Assembly (NCBI GenBank): GCA_973895155.1
Contig: OZ316899.1
Coordinates: 15,279,974-15,343,973 of the forward strand
Reading direction: 5' to 3'
From: Marsupella aquatica
Lineage: Eukaryota > Plantae > Marchantiophyta
DNA length: 64,000 nt
Positions 26,801-40,742 of this stretch are shown one piece after another. Positions within the stretch are counted from its first letter, which is position 1, and the number at the start of each line of letters is the position of its first letter. Below the pieces are notes generated by a model that saw only the letters and a program-made list of their open reading frames with translations, ran no database searches and was not told the origin of the DNA. The position numbers and the translations under genes were made by a program.

Positions 26801-27357
26801 AGACAGGCACGACAAAACAAGAGAATGAGTCTCTCCTAGACCAAGTCCAACTACTCAAGCAGGATGTAGACCGGCGGAGGAGACAGCGGGACGGCCGCTC
26901 CAAGTCCAACTCGAGTGGGTCTGGCAAGCGTGCCAGGCATTAGCGGCATAGCAGGTTTAGAATAGATTTAGGTTTAGTTAGGAAGGTGAGACGCTAAAGA
27001 CAAGCGCCAAAACTAGTTAGCAGCGCTGTCCTGTCTGATCGACCCCCTTTAGCATAGAATCTTAGAATAAGACACGCCATTTTTTGGCCTAACAAACAAC
27101 AAAACTTAGAATAGATTAGATTTGAGCGCGTGGCTGTTCCAGGCCATGGCTCTTAGTTAGTATTTAGTGCACCCCTTGGTAGAGGCAAGGGGGGGATTTT
27201 AGGTTTAGAACCGGGTGTCCGTAGGATGTGCGGGGAGTCCCGGCCTTAGTGAATACAATAGCGCCATGAAGTGAGGGTGCAACTAATCTCGTCGGGCGAG
27301 TACAAAGCCGGGCTCCTTTGTAGTGTACGCCTCACTACCGTTGGGCCTGTTCATTCA
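23843..27357 (+). mobile_element. 3'-truncated second copy of the ORF-containing LTR-like unit (family of 43175-47144)
   Basis: Collinear with the revcomp of 43660-47144. TATAAAAG at ~24206. Frameshifted ORF 24888-26943 (HKNILHPKHA.YLKTQGFE; C-terminal coiled coil). Confidence 0.75.
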
Positions 27358-27359
27358 TA

Positions 27360-28810
27360 AGAAGTTGAGTCAATCGTGTGTATAAGTGGGATGGATTCTG
27401 AAAAAGTATTTTCCCCATCATATCCTTCGTGTAAACCAAGATTGTATGTTGTGAATTCCATTGCAATTGTCATTCTTGCACGGCGTATACGGACCTGTTG
27501 GTGTGACACATGTTTCACTTGATCAATAAATGGAGACAAAACCAATGTGCCTCCACTTGAAGGTTGTTTGCGTGTGAAATTTCCACAAGGATTTTTACCA
27601 GAGCTGACCCTTTGAGAATTTGTGCTTGTCAATATTTCAGAAAAAATTGGTTGTTTGCATGAGAGATGGCTGGGTCTTTGAACTTTGGATAATTTTCTTG
27701 GTGGCCATTGTGAAATGTTGACCACTAATTGCAAAGAACTTGAACTTTGCAAGCTTCTTGGTGTCAATATCTTTTCTCGCAAGGTCAATTAAACTTGGTA
27801 CTCCTTCAATCATCTTGTAAGGAACCAAATCTGTAGGTAAAGGTTCTTGCCTTGCATTTGTCATCATCAGTTGCGCAAGATGGTTCACATGCTCCTCATT
27901 GAGGAGTCACTCATTCATCTTTGTAGGAGGGACATGGATGTTATCAACCGGGACTAAGAAAATTTTTGATATCCCAATACAATACCAAGACTTATTCAAC
28001 TTCAACGTTTTCTCCGTAGACGAGCATGGTCCACAACTTGTTTGCGGAACTAGGGTTCTCATTAATTTCAACAGTGTCCTGACTTTTCTCTACTTTCTTG
28101 GGCTTGCGAGAAACATCTTGAGAGGTGGTCACCAGCTTCTTCTCAACGTTTGGGGCCTTCTTCTCCATGGCTCTGACCACGGGAAGTTTCTCAACAATTT
28201 CAACCGCCTCTGTGGTCACACTCCTTTGTTTGGAAGCCTTTGCCTTGGATTCCACAACTACTGATTCCACATCAAGATTTGCTTTTTGCTTTCCATTTGG
28301 TGCAGGATCTTTTACAACTCCTTTCCGCTTCCACCTAGTGATCTCCTGTTTGGTCTTCTCACCAGCTCCAACTTTTCCTGACAGGTTTCACAGATTTGGA
28401 TTTATGTGCAACTCAAGACTCTTGAGACAGTTTCTCCTCCTTTGTTATGCTAGTGAAGGAATTTCTTTGCTTTGCTTGATTTTGGGACTCTGTCCTTGAT
28501 TGCTTTCACTTCTACAAGAAGTCAAATTCTCTTCCAAGATGATTTTGCCTCTTCTTGCTTCTCTTCCAAATATACTTTATTTCAAGAAAAATTCCCTTTA
28601 AGCGCTACTTTGCCCGGGTCAAGGACAATAACTCTCTTCCAAGATGGTTTCTTCTCTTCTTTTTGTTCTTCCAAATGAACCTTGTTGTGGCCTGTTTTCC
28701 CTATTGGCGGTTCCTCTCCTTGGGCAATGACTAATACTCTCTTCCAAGGTGCTTTAACCTCTTCTTCTGTTTCTTTCAAACCAACCTTCTTTCGGCCTAT
28801 TTTCCTTGAT
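27360..28810 (-). pseudogene. K/E-rich N-terminus + ParB/DndB-like domain; probable 5' part of the Ulp1/FCP1 gene
   Basis: FLVPVDNIHVPP..E*LLNEEHVNHLAQLM..PLPTDLVP..FAISGQHF (27640-27990). Same strand as 18999-21790, separated from it by an insertion. Confidence 0.5.
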
Positions 28811-28818
28811 GGTGATCT

Positions 28819-30060
28819 TGTTAGAAAACCGTCAGCTCCAGACTAGACAACAATGCAGAACATGAGAGCACTCAATCTCACACTACACCAACAAGAGAAA
28901 CTCCTAAAGGATCCATAGATCATGAGAAAGTACATGTGAAGAATGAGGGAGAGAATGTTCTCCCTCCAACCTATAACCCCCCAAGGAGGACAAAGATGTG
29001 TGGGCCTAAATTAGTGGATCTTATCCTAAACTAACCAAGGGTCAATTAACCCTAGTAAGGCCAAACTAACTAAAGCCGGGAACTTAAGATTCAGTTCCTA
29101 TTTACCAATCCTCACCTTGAATCCAGTTCACACAATGAGTCAGGTGATATATAGTATGTAACTATGTAACATATCTATATAGTCTCCGGTTTGGCCCTAA
29201 CATTAATCATATCCACACAATGACTAAAGCTATTGGTAGGTAAAACTTTAGTAAGCATGTATGTTGCATTCTCCTCTAAAGCCACCTTCTCTAGAAACAT
29301 TTGCTTTGTCTCAATCACCTCACGGATGAAGTGTTAATGGATGTCAATGTGCTTTGTCCTAGCATGAAACATAGGGTTCTTAGCTATAGATGCAAAGCAC
29401 TTTGACTGTCACATAACAGCACCGGTGTCTCAGGTAAAACCCAAATCAATCACCAATCTTTGTAGTCGGATCAACTCCTTGGTTGCCTTGCAGGCAGTCA
29501 TGTACTCAACCTTAGTTAGTAGACAACGCAACACAGGATTGAGTTGCCAACTTCCAACTGATACAACCTCCACCTAGCATAAACACATAGCCTGTAGTAG
29601 ATTTCTTGTTATCCAAGTTACCAGCATAATCTGAGTCTACAAAACCTCTCAACTCTAATGTAGAGTTTGCTTTATCGTCAAATAGAATCCCACAATCTAA
29701 GGTACCTTTTAAATATCTAAGGTAACTTTTAAATATCAATATGCTTTGTCCTAGCATGGAACACAAGGTTCTTAGCCATATGTAAAGCACTTTGACTGTC
29801 ACACAACAACACCAATCTTCATAGCTCCTTGGATACCTCACAGGCAACCATGTACTCAACCTCAGTAGTAGACAATGCAACACACGATATAGTTGCCAAC
29901 TTCCATCTAATACACCCACCATAACCTCCACCCAACATAAACACATTGCCTATAGTGGACTTCTTGTAATCCAAGTTACCAGCATAATCTGAATCTACAA
30001 AACCTTCCTTCTCTAACATAGAGTTTTCTTTATCGTCAAATAGAATCCCACAATCTAAGG
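28819..30060 (-). mobile_element. Ty1/copia 3' portion: RT-end/RNase H (partly duplicated), PPT, 3' LTR ~28819-29107
   Basis: GFVDSDYAGNLD..KSTTGYVF..ISWK..VALST twice; HARTKHIDI; PPT-like CAAGGTGAGGAT at ~29108-29119; LTR ends TG..CTAACA on the minus strand. Confidence 0.85.
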
Positions 30061-30488
30061 GGGGGATCTCTCCATGACAGCAAATAGCAAACAGCAAACA
30101 GCAAACAACAAACAACAAAACTCATACCAGCAAATGTGCACCCAAAAAAAGACACCGAATGATAAGAAAATATTGTCACATATATTGGACCTGAAGCGGC
30201 CATTGAGTACATTTATACTAGCGCCGGGCGCTATAAGGAAAACATCCAAATAAAAACCTCTTTGAACTACCGGCTATAGTAATTGCGTCGGGCGCTACTC
30301 TAATCCGACACGTCATGGCGTTCTTATTTAGTGTCGTCGTTCTCCACGAACGGGTAAATAAAACAAGGAAAACTAAAGACCAGATCCACAACCACCACTC
30401 GACTCTGAGCCCAATTCAAAACCGCTACTTTCTGATCTATCAGTGGACTCTACTTCGTCGTCCACATACTTGGATTTTGCAATATCAT

Positions 30489-33400
30489 CTACAAAGTGAT
30501 TCTGCACAAACTTTCTATCTGAGCCTCTCCTGAGTCTAAGACCCTTACTCTCCCAAGTAATCGTCCTGACTGAATCTGCCCGTCGTGCCGCCTTTTCAGC
30601 ATAAGAGGGGAGAACAAATGGCTTCTCCGGGGTCTGTACAACATTCCTAGAGACGTTCCTTCAAAGTTGAAAACGCCTCCGAAGATTCCACTATGACCTG
30701 AGAATTTGAACTGGAGTTCTTTAGTCGAAGTTGGGAAATTGGGCAAATTTTCTAGACAAAAGGGAGTATAGGAGTTCTCTGGAAAAAAGTATACAATGAG
30801 AGAAAGAAAGCTAAAGAACATTACTCTTCTGACTCTTCACTGTCATCTCCAGATCCAAGGTCCACCACATTCTTTGACACCTCATCATCTTTAGATTGTT
30901 GAGAAGCATTGCCACCCTCATCCTCGTCTTCCGAATCAAAATTTAGAATAGCACGGAGCCTGTCCTGCTTCTTACTTCCAGGAATTTTCTTAGGAGGAGT
31001 TGGTGCAACCACTTCTTTGTTCTGTAAAAGATCGAGGAAGACCTTACCGGAAGTATCAACAAACTCTGGCCAATTTTCCAGCCCAATAACAAAGCGACCA
31101 GAATAATCTCTAGCCACAAACGTACTACCGGAACCTACTGTCAAGTCCATAACGATATCTCCAGGAAGAGTTACCAATTCCAAAATAGTTTGCATGAAAC
31201 CCACAGGCAAGCGTGAATTTCCTGCAAATTGGAGCTCAGGAGTCGGGTCATGTCGCGGCAACGATAACCCAATAATGTTAGTGACGGAAGGGCCTTCTGC
31301 ATTCGATAGTGGCCGGAACTTGGGGTCTTTTGGGACCCTTCCCTTTGTCGAAATGCGGCAAAATATATTAAGAGTAAGTGTGAATATCTGCAACACAGTT
31401 TCCCAATGAAGGCAGTATAAGAAAATAGACACATATATATTAGCGCTTGGCGCTAGTCAACCCGTCATCCTTACGAAAGATAAGTGAATTGTAGATATAG
31501 CGAATGCTAATAGTAGCGCCGGGCGCTAGTATGTGCAAGAGGAATTGTTACCTGAGTATCAGATCGGGGTCTATACATTGGTGTAGTCATGACCACATTG
31601 TGGGTTGAAATACAGTGGAAACACTTAGAATCCTGGCAAGCCGCAATCACTTCAGATACCTGATCATAGTCTCTTCTGTGTAAAATTGCAAGTAGGCCAT
31701 TGTCTGCCAGGAATGGCTCCATGGCTCGGAAGAAAGAGCTAGGAATAGTGTAATCCTGAAGGTTCCACTTGGGAACCTTCCGATCAATAAGTGTTGGTTT
31801 TAATCCAGTGGGAATGTAGATGAAACCAGCATCCACACCAAAGCCCCTCTCTTTTCTGCCACGCATTACTCCCTTCTCTCTGTCTCCCTTTCCCCAAGCC
31901 TCAACTTTAGTAACCCACATGGGCTTCATCCCCTTGTTAAATACCGAATCGTAAAATTCGTTTAAATTGGACTCCACAAAACAGTGTCTAGAACACCTTC
32001 GCTTAAAATTCTCGACATCTCTCTGGATTCCACAGGAAATAACATCTCGAGTAGATGATGCTGCTCTGTCCTCACCGGTGCCTCTCTTTTTCTTTTTCTT
32101 TGTGCTAGTTGCGTCAACAGGGACAATGGATTTGCCAGCACCATCCGGGGTCCCTTGATCCGGGGTTTGCTGAGCTCTAGTGTTTGCCTCCGATGCCTAA
32201 GGAGTTGCATCATTCTTCCCTTTGGCAGCCGGGACCTCCGTGTCGGACTTTCAACCTCCTGTTAGGCACAGAAACTTGCATGAGTCCAACCTTTCAGACT
32301 AGCGCCAGGCGCTATTAATCAAAGGAATTTCCAAATGAAACTCCCGCATAAGCAGCGCCAACAAGTAACCAAAAAGCGCTTAGACTACTCACTTTTCTTG
32401 AAGGACCTTGTGGAGTCACTTGGTGCAGCTGACTCATTCTTCGCCTTTGCTCTTGGCTTACGGCTTCGGTCAACGTGCATGAGAAGAGACTCACAATTCT
32501 TTTGTAACTCAGATGCAGATTTGTCAACATCAGACTGGAGCCCTTGCTTCATTGCAGACACATAGTTGGCATAGATCTGGGACTTTTGCAACTTCATGAA
32601 GGCATCCTTCTCAGCTTCGTCGAACGGTAAATCCCATTTGTCTGTGTCGAGGTACCACGGACAGTGAAGTCTCTCCCACTCTGACAATGAACATGGTGGA
32701 AGCTTTCCTTCCGCTGGGTACATCGAATACAGGTTGGCAAGAGCGTCTCCCTCTTTGATAGACACTCATTTCTGAAATGCAGCCGGGTATGCACACAGAG
32801 TGTCAGGAGATCTAAGCTCCATCCACATGTAAAACCGGTATAGATATCGTTTGGCTCTCTTCCGGTTCCGCTCTGTGTAATCTTCCTTGTCCGCATATTT
32901 GGAAGGCCACAAGTTGTTGAAGAATTTTGCCTTGACAAGATCCCCAAAGTTTCTGAATTCATCGAGAATGATCTTAAGCATGGCCTCCATTGACTCACAC
33001 CCAGACTTTGTGAGACGGTCAGCCGGCATCCGGTCAGAAATCTGTTTGAAGGAAGTGTGAAGCATTCCAGTTGCAATTCCCTCCACAGAATTCCAAGTAT
33101 GCCATGTATGGCACCACTGCTTCACAGGCTCGTTGACACTTGCAGGATGGAAAAACTGTTTCCTAATCTCGGGAGTGCAGTGGGGTACTAGAAGGGTGCA
33201 CCTCAATTTTGGATCCAGGTACGAAACAACAGTAAACAACCTGGCTTGATCCATTGTGCATACAACTGTGTCTGGCTTCTTCTCCCGTTTGTTCTTCTCA
33301 GTTACGGGATACATCTCAACACAGGTTCCCAAATAATCTCCAAAATCCAGATGAAGTAAAGGGGTGATCTTTGTCACTTTGATCGACCAATCTTTGGTCG

Positions 33401-34562
33401 CCTCCTTCATCATTGCCTCATGCCTCTTTGTGGTCTCCTCTTCTGACCAAGGAGCCCCTTGAGCTTTGGCTAAAGCCATATCAGACTTAAATTGATTTGA
33501 GTAAGACTTGATTTTGTCCACACACATAATGTAGATGAGGGCATCCTGTGGCATTTTATGTGTAAACCAAGACCCCTTTCTCGTCTTCTTTTGGATCGCC
33601 TCAAACTTGCCATGTTCGCGTTGTCAATGAGTGGCTTATAGTGATCAAGATCATGCGACAGAATTCGGGAAATTCTGTTTGCGTCAAGAATCCAGGAAGG
33701 CTCGACGACTGCTTGTCCAAGCCTGGATGCAATGAAAAGGAATTAGTAGCGCCGGGCGCTAGCAAAAATTGGGGAATGAACACTTTTGCAAAGCATGTTT
33801 GGTCCAAAATGAATGACATGGGTAACAATAGTTAACGAATAGAACTTATTGGTTCACGGTGTGCATTTTTGCCTCGAGCTCAACTAGCAAACCTCTGTCA
33901 CCATTGAAAATGATGCAAATCACATGAGGATGACACTTCAAGTTGTCTGGATTCTCCCTCGTGATGATTGACCAAGAGTACAATCGATGATTTCCGCCAA
34001 ACACACAAAACATTTTATCTTTCAGAATATGGAACGCTGGGTCCGCATCACACTCTTCCTCAAACTTGTCATTCTCTTCGACCCAAATTGGATCCCAAGA
34101 GTCTCGGATCTCGCTGGTGCATATCTGAGGAACCCCATCGGCATTCGCAGGCTGAACGTAGAAAGGCATCCCAATGCGCGAGTTGTACCCGGTGACCCAA
34201 AATGATTCTTTCAACTTCTCGATCGATGCACTTTCTTTCTGTAAGGTTCGAACAACCTCCATGGGGAGCAATCTACACAGAGGAATTTGAGGTGGCTCCT
34301 TATCGAATCCTCGAAAATCCTTCTCGAACGACAATGCATGCTTTGATATTACCTTGTCCATCGATAAGCCTTTGTCACTGACTTCACCCATGGAGACCTC
34401 CTTAGGGTCCATTCTCCATCTCCTTGACCTCGGGAAGGGCTATGCAGATTCAGCTTCGGAAGTTGACAGGGACGTAGTCGATCGAGTGATGCGACGGGTG
34501 TATACTGAACTAGCGAACGAAGACTGAGAGGACTCAGAATGACCACCATCAGCCTCCCCCAT
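30489..34562 (-). pseudogene. ParB/Srx-like + amino-MTase-like accessory gene, copy 2
   Basis: QIPLCRL..VFGGNHRLYSW; VDAGFIYIPTG..W..EPFLADNG; RLPVGFMQTILELVTLPGDIVMDLTVGSGST..GRFVIGLE. Intron positions match copy 1. Premature stops. Confidence 0.78.
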
Positions 34563-35710
34563 TCTCGTATCACCCAGCCAAAAGTTGCCGTGGAGAGCGA
34601 CTCGACCACCCGGCACTATCGTACGCGCCGTGCAGTTCTTGTGAAGATCACATCTCAAAATGTACGGGACCAATAAAGGACGCACATATGCACTTGACAA
34701 ACTTGTATAGTCCGAGGTCTAAGCGATTAGACGGACTAAATTATCCCCAATGAGCGATCTCAACCTCGTATTAAGACACCAATACAATGGACCCAGCCAT
34801 TCGAACAACGGTCCCAAGTACAGATGGCATTCTCCGATTGGACTTTCATCCCAGACAAAAGCAAAAAGGGTTCCGTGAACCTCAATCTACTATAATATTA
34901 CCATTGGAAAGTGATTGTTGGAACCACAACAGTGTCGGTAGTTGTGGATAGCGCCAGGCGCTATTATACAACATACCTTCAAATGTATTTGAAAAATCGT
35001 CTTCATGTAGCTACGGGAAGTACTGTCGATACTATTGTCTATAAATTTGCAAATTTTGTGTAGGTGTCGACAAGCCAACTTTAGTAGCGCTCGGCGCTAG
35101 TATTCAAATGAATCATGAAATCGGAGTCCAATGACAACAAACATGAATGCATGAACCCATTCATTCAGCGAATATTCCAATAAATTACAATAGCGCCTGG
35201 CGCTATTCAAATGCACATCAATTGAACAGAATTTGTTGAAATAAAAGTAAAAAATAACTCCGAACGGGTATGACTTGTAATTCCTTTAATTAATAGTGCC
35301 CAACACTATCAAAAACAATTTAAGGACAAGCCATGTCACAACAATGTTAAGGACACTTTGTTTCTCATAATAGCGCCAAATGCTACTAAAAACATTGACA
35401 GTAAACGAGTATTTACGACAATTTCAAAGAAATCGATCAGGTTCGCATTCAAAAATACAATGCAAACACGGGAGTAGAACCGGAAATTAAAGCTTGGTAT
35501 TCTGAATTCAAAAGCATTGACATCGATGTAAAAATGAACGGCTGTGCCATTCATGTACAAAATGTTACAGTGCACTAGAAATCCAACATACGATGAAGGA
35601 ACGGTATGCATTTTCTATCAAAAAAAAACATGTGGAAACAGATCCTATCAACCTCGATGGATCCTCCAAGTCTCTCCAGCACTTGAACGATACGCTCTGA
35701 CAACGAGAAA

Positions 35711-36135
35711 TCAGTCTTCCCACCAACTTGGCTTGTACGCATCGTAGTCGTCATTCGAGTCGCTTGATCCATACCACGCAAATTCTCGCCTGCTCGGTGA
35801 TGAGTCCCCACTCGAAGAACGATCACTCTCAGTGGATGAAGAAGGCTCGGAGAGACCCGTGCAGATAGTGTCAGCTCTCGGACGGCCGACTGAAGGGGCA
35901 ATATTCCTAGCAGGAACAGAAGTCGGGCCGCTCGGATTTGGCCGACTGGATCCTTTGCCGCGGCCTGCAAGTGGGGCATTCTTCGTCTTTGAGATGAGTT
36001 TGCCCTTCTTCGAGATTGGAACCGTCATCCTCTCGGCATTCCGCTGAGGTGGTAAGCTATTTGATGCGGGGTCTCCCGGTCGGTTTTGCTCGGGATAAGT
36101 GCCTCCTCCTTTGCCTTCCCTCGTGGAGGTGCCAT
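35711..36135 (-). other. Possible third small basic/Ser-rich ORF (frameshifted) in the element 2 intergenic region
   Basis: MAPPRGKAKEE.. frame joined to ..KKGKLISKTK..SSDSNDDYDAYKPSWWED; no recognised domain. Confidence 0.3.
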
Positions 36136-36606
36136 TGAAAGTGAGGACAAGGATGAGAACAAGAAGCGCAAACAAGAACGCGAGCGAGGACAAGAGCACG
36201 AACTAGGACGAGAATGAGAAACAAGGATGAGAAACGAGGACGAGAACAAGAACAAGAACGTGCACAAAAGTGAAGTAGAACCACTGGGCCCGAAAGCGAG
36301 AATGAGAACCACGCGCCCGAAAGATGAGCCACAACTACGACTCAGTGAAGAATGGCTCGACAATGAGGACATCGGAGGAGAACGATGAGATATAAGGAGA
36401 ATTTGCACTTGGTCCCGGGTACCCACTTCGAAGAGGACCCTCTGAGAGCACTTTCAAAGACGCTTCCTTTCTGACACATCTGGACCCGGGCGGATCGGAT
36501 TCGCAAAGATCCAGTGGAGATCTTCAAGCGTGCCAACTTAATGACTCGTACTATATCGCGTTATCATACTTTTCCTTCCATTGAATGTTTTCAAGTCCAT
36601 TGAAAT

Positions 36607-36753
36607 AGGTAGCGCCAGGTGCTATTATTAATTGCCTTTGTACTCCTCACCCAAGAATGTTCACACCCAGAGGTAGCACCAGGCGCTATTATTATTGGCA
36701 TTCGTAGTCCTCACCCAAGAGTGTTTTACACTTAGAGGTAGCGCCAGGCGCTA
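36607..36753 (+). repeat. ~64-bp tandem repeat, each unit carrying a TAGCGCCAGGCGCTA palindrome
   Basis: Palindromes at 36610, 36674, 36739 with shared flanks (TATTATT..TCCTCACCCAAGA..AGAGG). Confidence 0.85.
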
Positions 36754-36927
36754 GTAACTATGAACCCAAATCTTGCCATTGGTAAGACGACAAAACATCA
36801 TTGATGGAGTGCGTCCAAATCTATAACGACTCTATAGTGAGAATGAAACATTTACTTCTCGTACTCGAATCTCATGATAAACATATTTCATTTCGCGCGG
36901 GCAAAGGCATATCCCTCTTTTGAAGCT

Positions 36928-39900
36928 ATGGCTCAAAATATCGTTGTCACGAGGAAGGACACTCGGGATGTAATCACAATTTCCGTCCTTGACTCATCTG
37001 AATCAAAGCGTGTTTCAGAGGAATATTTGGGAGTGAGATTTGATGTCGCCAAGGAGTCTATTTTAGCGATCTCATTAGTGTCGGTTTGTTCGGGGGAGAC
37101 TCCAGTTTTCTACGATGTTGTTCATGGTCAAAGATATTGGACTCTAGAGGCTTAGAAAGAATATGAGGTTTTTGTTTTGAGAGATTTTGGGGCCTCCTGT
37201 ACTCGTCCTCCCACAGCAGCTGAACTCAATGTCATCAAACTCTCGGAAATTTCTGGAGATGATAAGCAAGCGACAACTACTCTCGGAGAGAAGATTCCAG
37301 TTTACCCATCGAGGTTAAAAAGGAGTCTAATGCGAATCGAGAAAAGATTATGCCTTTGACTGTGTACCGGCAGAGTGCAATGGATACAATCTTGAAATCC
37401 AAAGGTCATAGTGAATTGTCTCGGTTTATAAGGGGGAGTGATTTTGTTCATCATGTAGTGCCTAGTCTTCCCACATCTTACAATGGGAATGTGGTTTTTG
37501 AGTTACCCCCGGTAGACTGTGTGAACGCAAAAGGTGAACGTTTGAAAGATATGGATCGCGATAAGGATTGTTATTATTGGACTCGGATTGTGAAAACGTC
37601 TTCAAATGTTCTTTCGAAGAAAATGTGGGATTTTGGGAAAGTCCAGTGTACGGGATCGTTGCAATGTCGAAATAATGCTTGTCCGTGGTGGAAAGACAAC
37701 AAGTTTTGAAATAATGAGATGTGGGCAAGAACCCCAAAACTTTTGGGCCCATTCCGAGTTGGGGAATTGATCTCCGAAGGTGGAGTTGTTTGTCACCATT
37801 GCTCCAAACCTCCGATGTGCATTGAGGCCTGCCCTGCTCTAATGTTCTACATGTATCCATTTGCAAAAGTTGACGTTAAGTCTTTGGCCCACATGTCGCG
37901 ACTAGCTATTCATATGGGATTTCACAATCATCCCAGTCGACGGGTCTTTTCGAGGGAGGCAGAAAAGGTTGCAAGGTCTCATCTGGAGAAGGGATTCACT
38001 GCAAACCCCATGGCATCCCCAGCAGGGATAAAAAACTCTGCGACTTAGACATTGACGAATACATTTTGCAAGGCCTTTGTTGAAGAAATCTCTCTTGAAG
38101 AAGAGAAGGAAATTTGGGAGTCCCTTATGGTCGTGGCATCTCCTCAGAAGTTTGCATCCGTGTTAAGGAGTGTCCGTCAAGATTAGAAGGGGAAAGGGGA
38201 ACTGGAATTTCTTGTGAGGATGCAAAAGTGTATCCGACTGCCTTTTCTTCATAGGTTCTTGCTCCCTGGTCAAGGCTGTCGGGACGAGAGTGCTCACATC
38301 TTTAAAATGACCGTAAAAGGTGACGGGAGTGGTCTGGACCTGCTCCAAAGAATGAAACCTGGTGGGTTGTTAGAGGGTTCATGGGTAAGTTTTGACGTGA
38401 TGCATTGAAGCACGGCAGATTGGCTTACTCTTAGTGCCCATGTATATGATCATCATTACCGGGCACTTTGCACCAAATTCACTTGTGAGCTAAAGGCCAA
38501 AGATGCAAAATCTCTGGAGAGAGCCTAGCGTTTGATGCTAGAGGTTGCCGATGAAAATGGTTTACAGGATGTTACAATTCGGGGATTCATGGCGGACAAT
38601 GCTCAGGTTGGTTGGAATGCTGTTCAAAACGTGTTCTTTGACGGTGTACTCGACCCAAAGCGAGAAAGATCAGATGCCTTTCATTTTTTCCAATCTTTTC
38701 ATCGTCATTCCCGAGAAGGTGTGAAAGATGGAAAGCACAAAGAGCACAAGGAGATGTGGGATCATCTTTGGAACGCGCCAACTTTCTTGAAAGCATATCG
38801 AATCTTGAGGGAAATTGATGACTGGTGGAGGTCTGGCAATTGTCACTCAGACAAACTTTGGATGCTGCAAGGGTGGCTATCTTGGTGGGTTGTCCGATGG
38901 AGACTATGGGGGAACTTCATAAGACTGGTGAGTTATACACTGCTCTAGGATGCATGTTCCCATTAAGCGCTCGGCGCTAGTGAAGCATGTGTGAGACATA
39001 AGAGTTCCTTATCCGCAAGAGTAGCGCCGAGCGCTAATAATCCGTTTGGACTATGAGTGATGTAAGGACTACCTTTATTCTGTGTTCAACGGTACTTTAC
39101 ATGGAAATATCATCATCAGTTTATTAGCGTCTGGCGCTACTATTATTACCATTGTGTTGCCACTTTTGTGTGCAATTTCTTACATGTACTAAATCCTTGC
39201 GTGCAATGTTTCAAAGCAAGAGTGCCGAAGAAGCTGGGATGATTCCTAATTGTACTGGTTCGGAATCTAGGCATGCTGGAATGAAAGCATGGCAACAGAA
39301 AAAAGAAGGTTGGTCTGTTTGAAGGATGCAAAACGAACCAAAATAGAGCGGTTGCTCAAATTGTTGCTTATACTGCATACAAAAGGGGATTGAGCAGAGG
39401 AACTGGCCCAACTATTTTTGAGCTTGCCTTCAGATCGGCGGACCTGGCGGGGTCACCGCGTCTCTTTGAGGAAGCCACCAATCTCCTCCTCTCGAACGCT
39501 GCTGAGTTTGATTTGGAAAGAAGTGTTCCATTGAATGGTGATGTTGTAACTCGATCGGTGAAACGAAAAGGACATGCAACTGGGAACGTCTCGGCAGAAG
39601 ACTCGCACAGGCATGATACCATCCTTGTTACTTCACCAAATACAAAAGGTTTGAAAAGGAGAAACCTGCATTCCACTGATTTTGAGAAAATGCCTTCTAT
39701 GCCTTCAGCCGGTGGAATTGATGCGGTCCATAATTTGTCAGAAAGCGATGCTTCTGAGGAAGTTGTGGTCATTGACACACCTTCGCGTCGAGCAACGAGA
39801 TCCTCTGTCCCACTAGTGACCCCTGCAAGACTTGTCCAGACTGCATATTGTCATTCAGTTTCCCCAATGGAAAGTGAAGTACCTCCCGGTGCCTGGCAGT

Positions 39901-40742
39901 TGCTTCGGACCTCAAAACAGGGTACGGGTCCAGTGTGTAACGGAACCCTTGGACGGGGAGGAAGTCGTGATGAATGTCGAAATCGAGTAAAGAAGGTAGG
40001 CCTTTCAAATCCAGATGGTGTTGTTGCAATTTCCGTGAGAGAATGCAGAATGTTCAGGGGGCAACCTTATAATGATCAGATATGGTTTTGCCCCAACAAC
40101 CACTGTCACCAAAGCACAACAAGGAGAGGAGTCTCGAACATTCCCAATGTTCCTTCACATCTCCCAATTGCCAGAGGGACCAATCTTTCTGGAGCAGAGA
40201 TCCAATTTTTGAAAGAACAAGGACTTATTCTCTCCGAAGGCCGTGGAGATGAAATTGAAGCACCATTGCCTTCTGCATTACGGATTGATGTCAATATTTT
40301 CCCGGAGAGGATCAACCTAACTGACCCATCTGTGAGGTGCGCTTCAAGGAACGGGAAGAAATGCTTGCAAAGAGTGCATCTTACCCAAACACATTTGAAG
40401 AGAATTGAAGCCTCTAAAAAAGAAATCATGAGCGTCATTGGAGAGAGAGAGATCACGAGTGGAAATGCGTCGGGGAAACAGTTTTGTATCCGGACCCATG
40501 AACATGAGAGATCAGTCGCCTCTTATTGGGTTCAGATATGTTGTTTCCCATGTTGCTCCTGCGAGGATTTCTACCGTCGACATACTTATCGGAAGCCTTA
40601 CATGCCTTGCAAACATGTGTATTGGGTGTTCAAGAATGTGTTCAAACTGGATGTGCTCGATTCAACATTATGTAGCCAGCCAATTCTAACGTTGGGAGAA
40701 GTCCATTACATACTTGATAGGCAGTTGGGAACGAGAATGTAG
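36928..40742 (+). pseudogene. MULE transposase copy 2 (GCM/WRKY-like, DDE, SWIM), disrupted
   Basis: KVQCTGSLQC..C, CHHC, GFHNHP, WVSFD, FMAD, DAFH, SESRH, CSC..CKH. Intron 38928-39214 at the same position as in copy 1. Confidence 0.85.
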
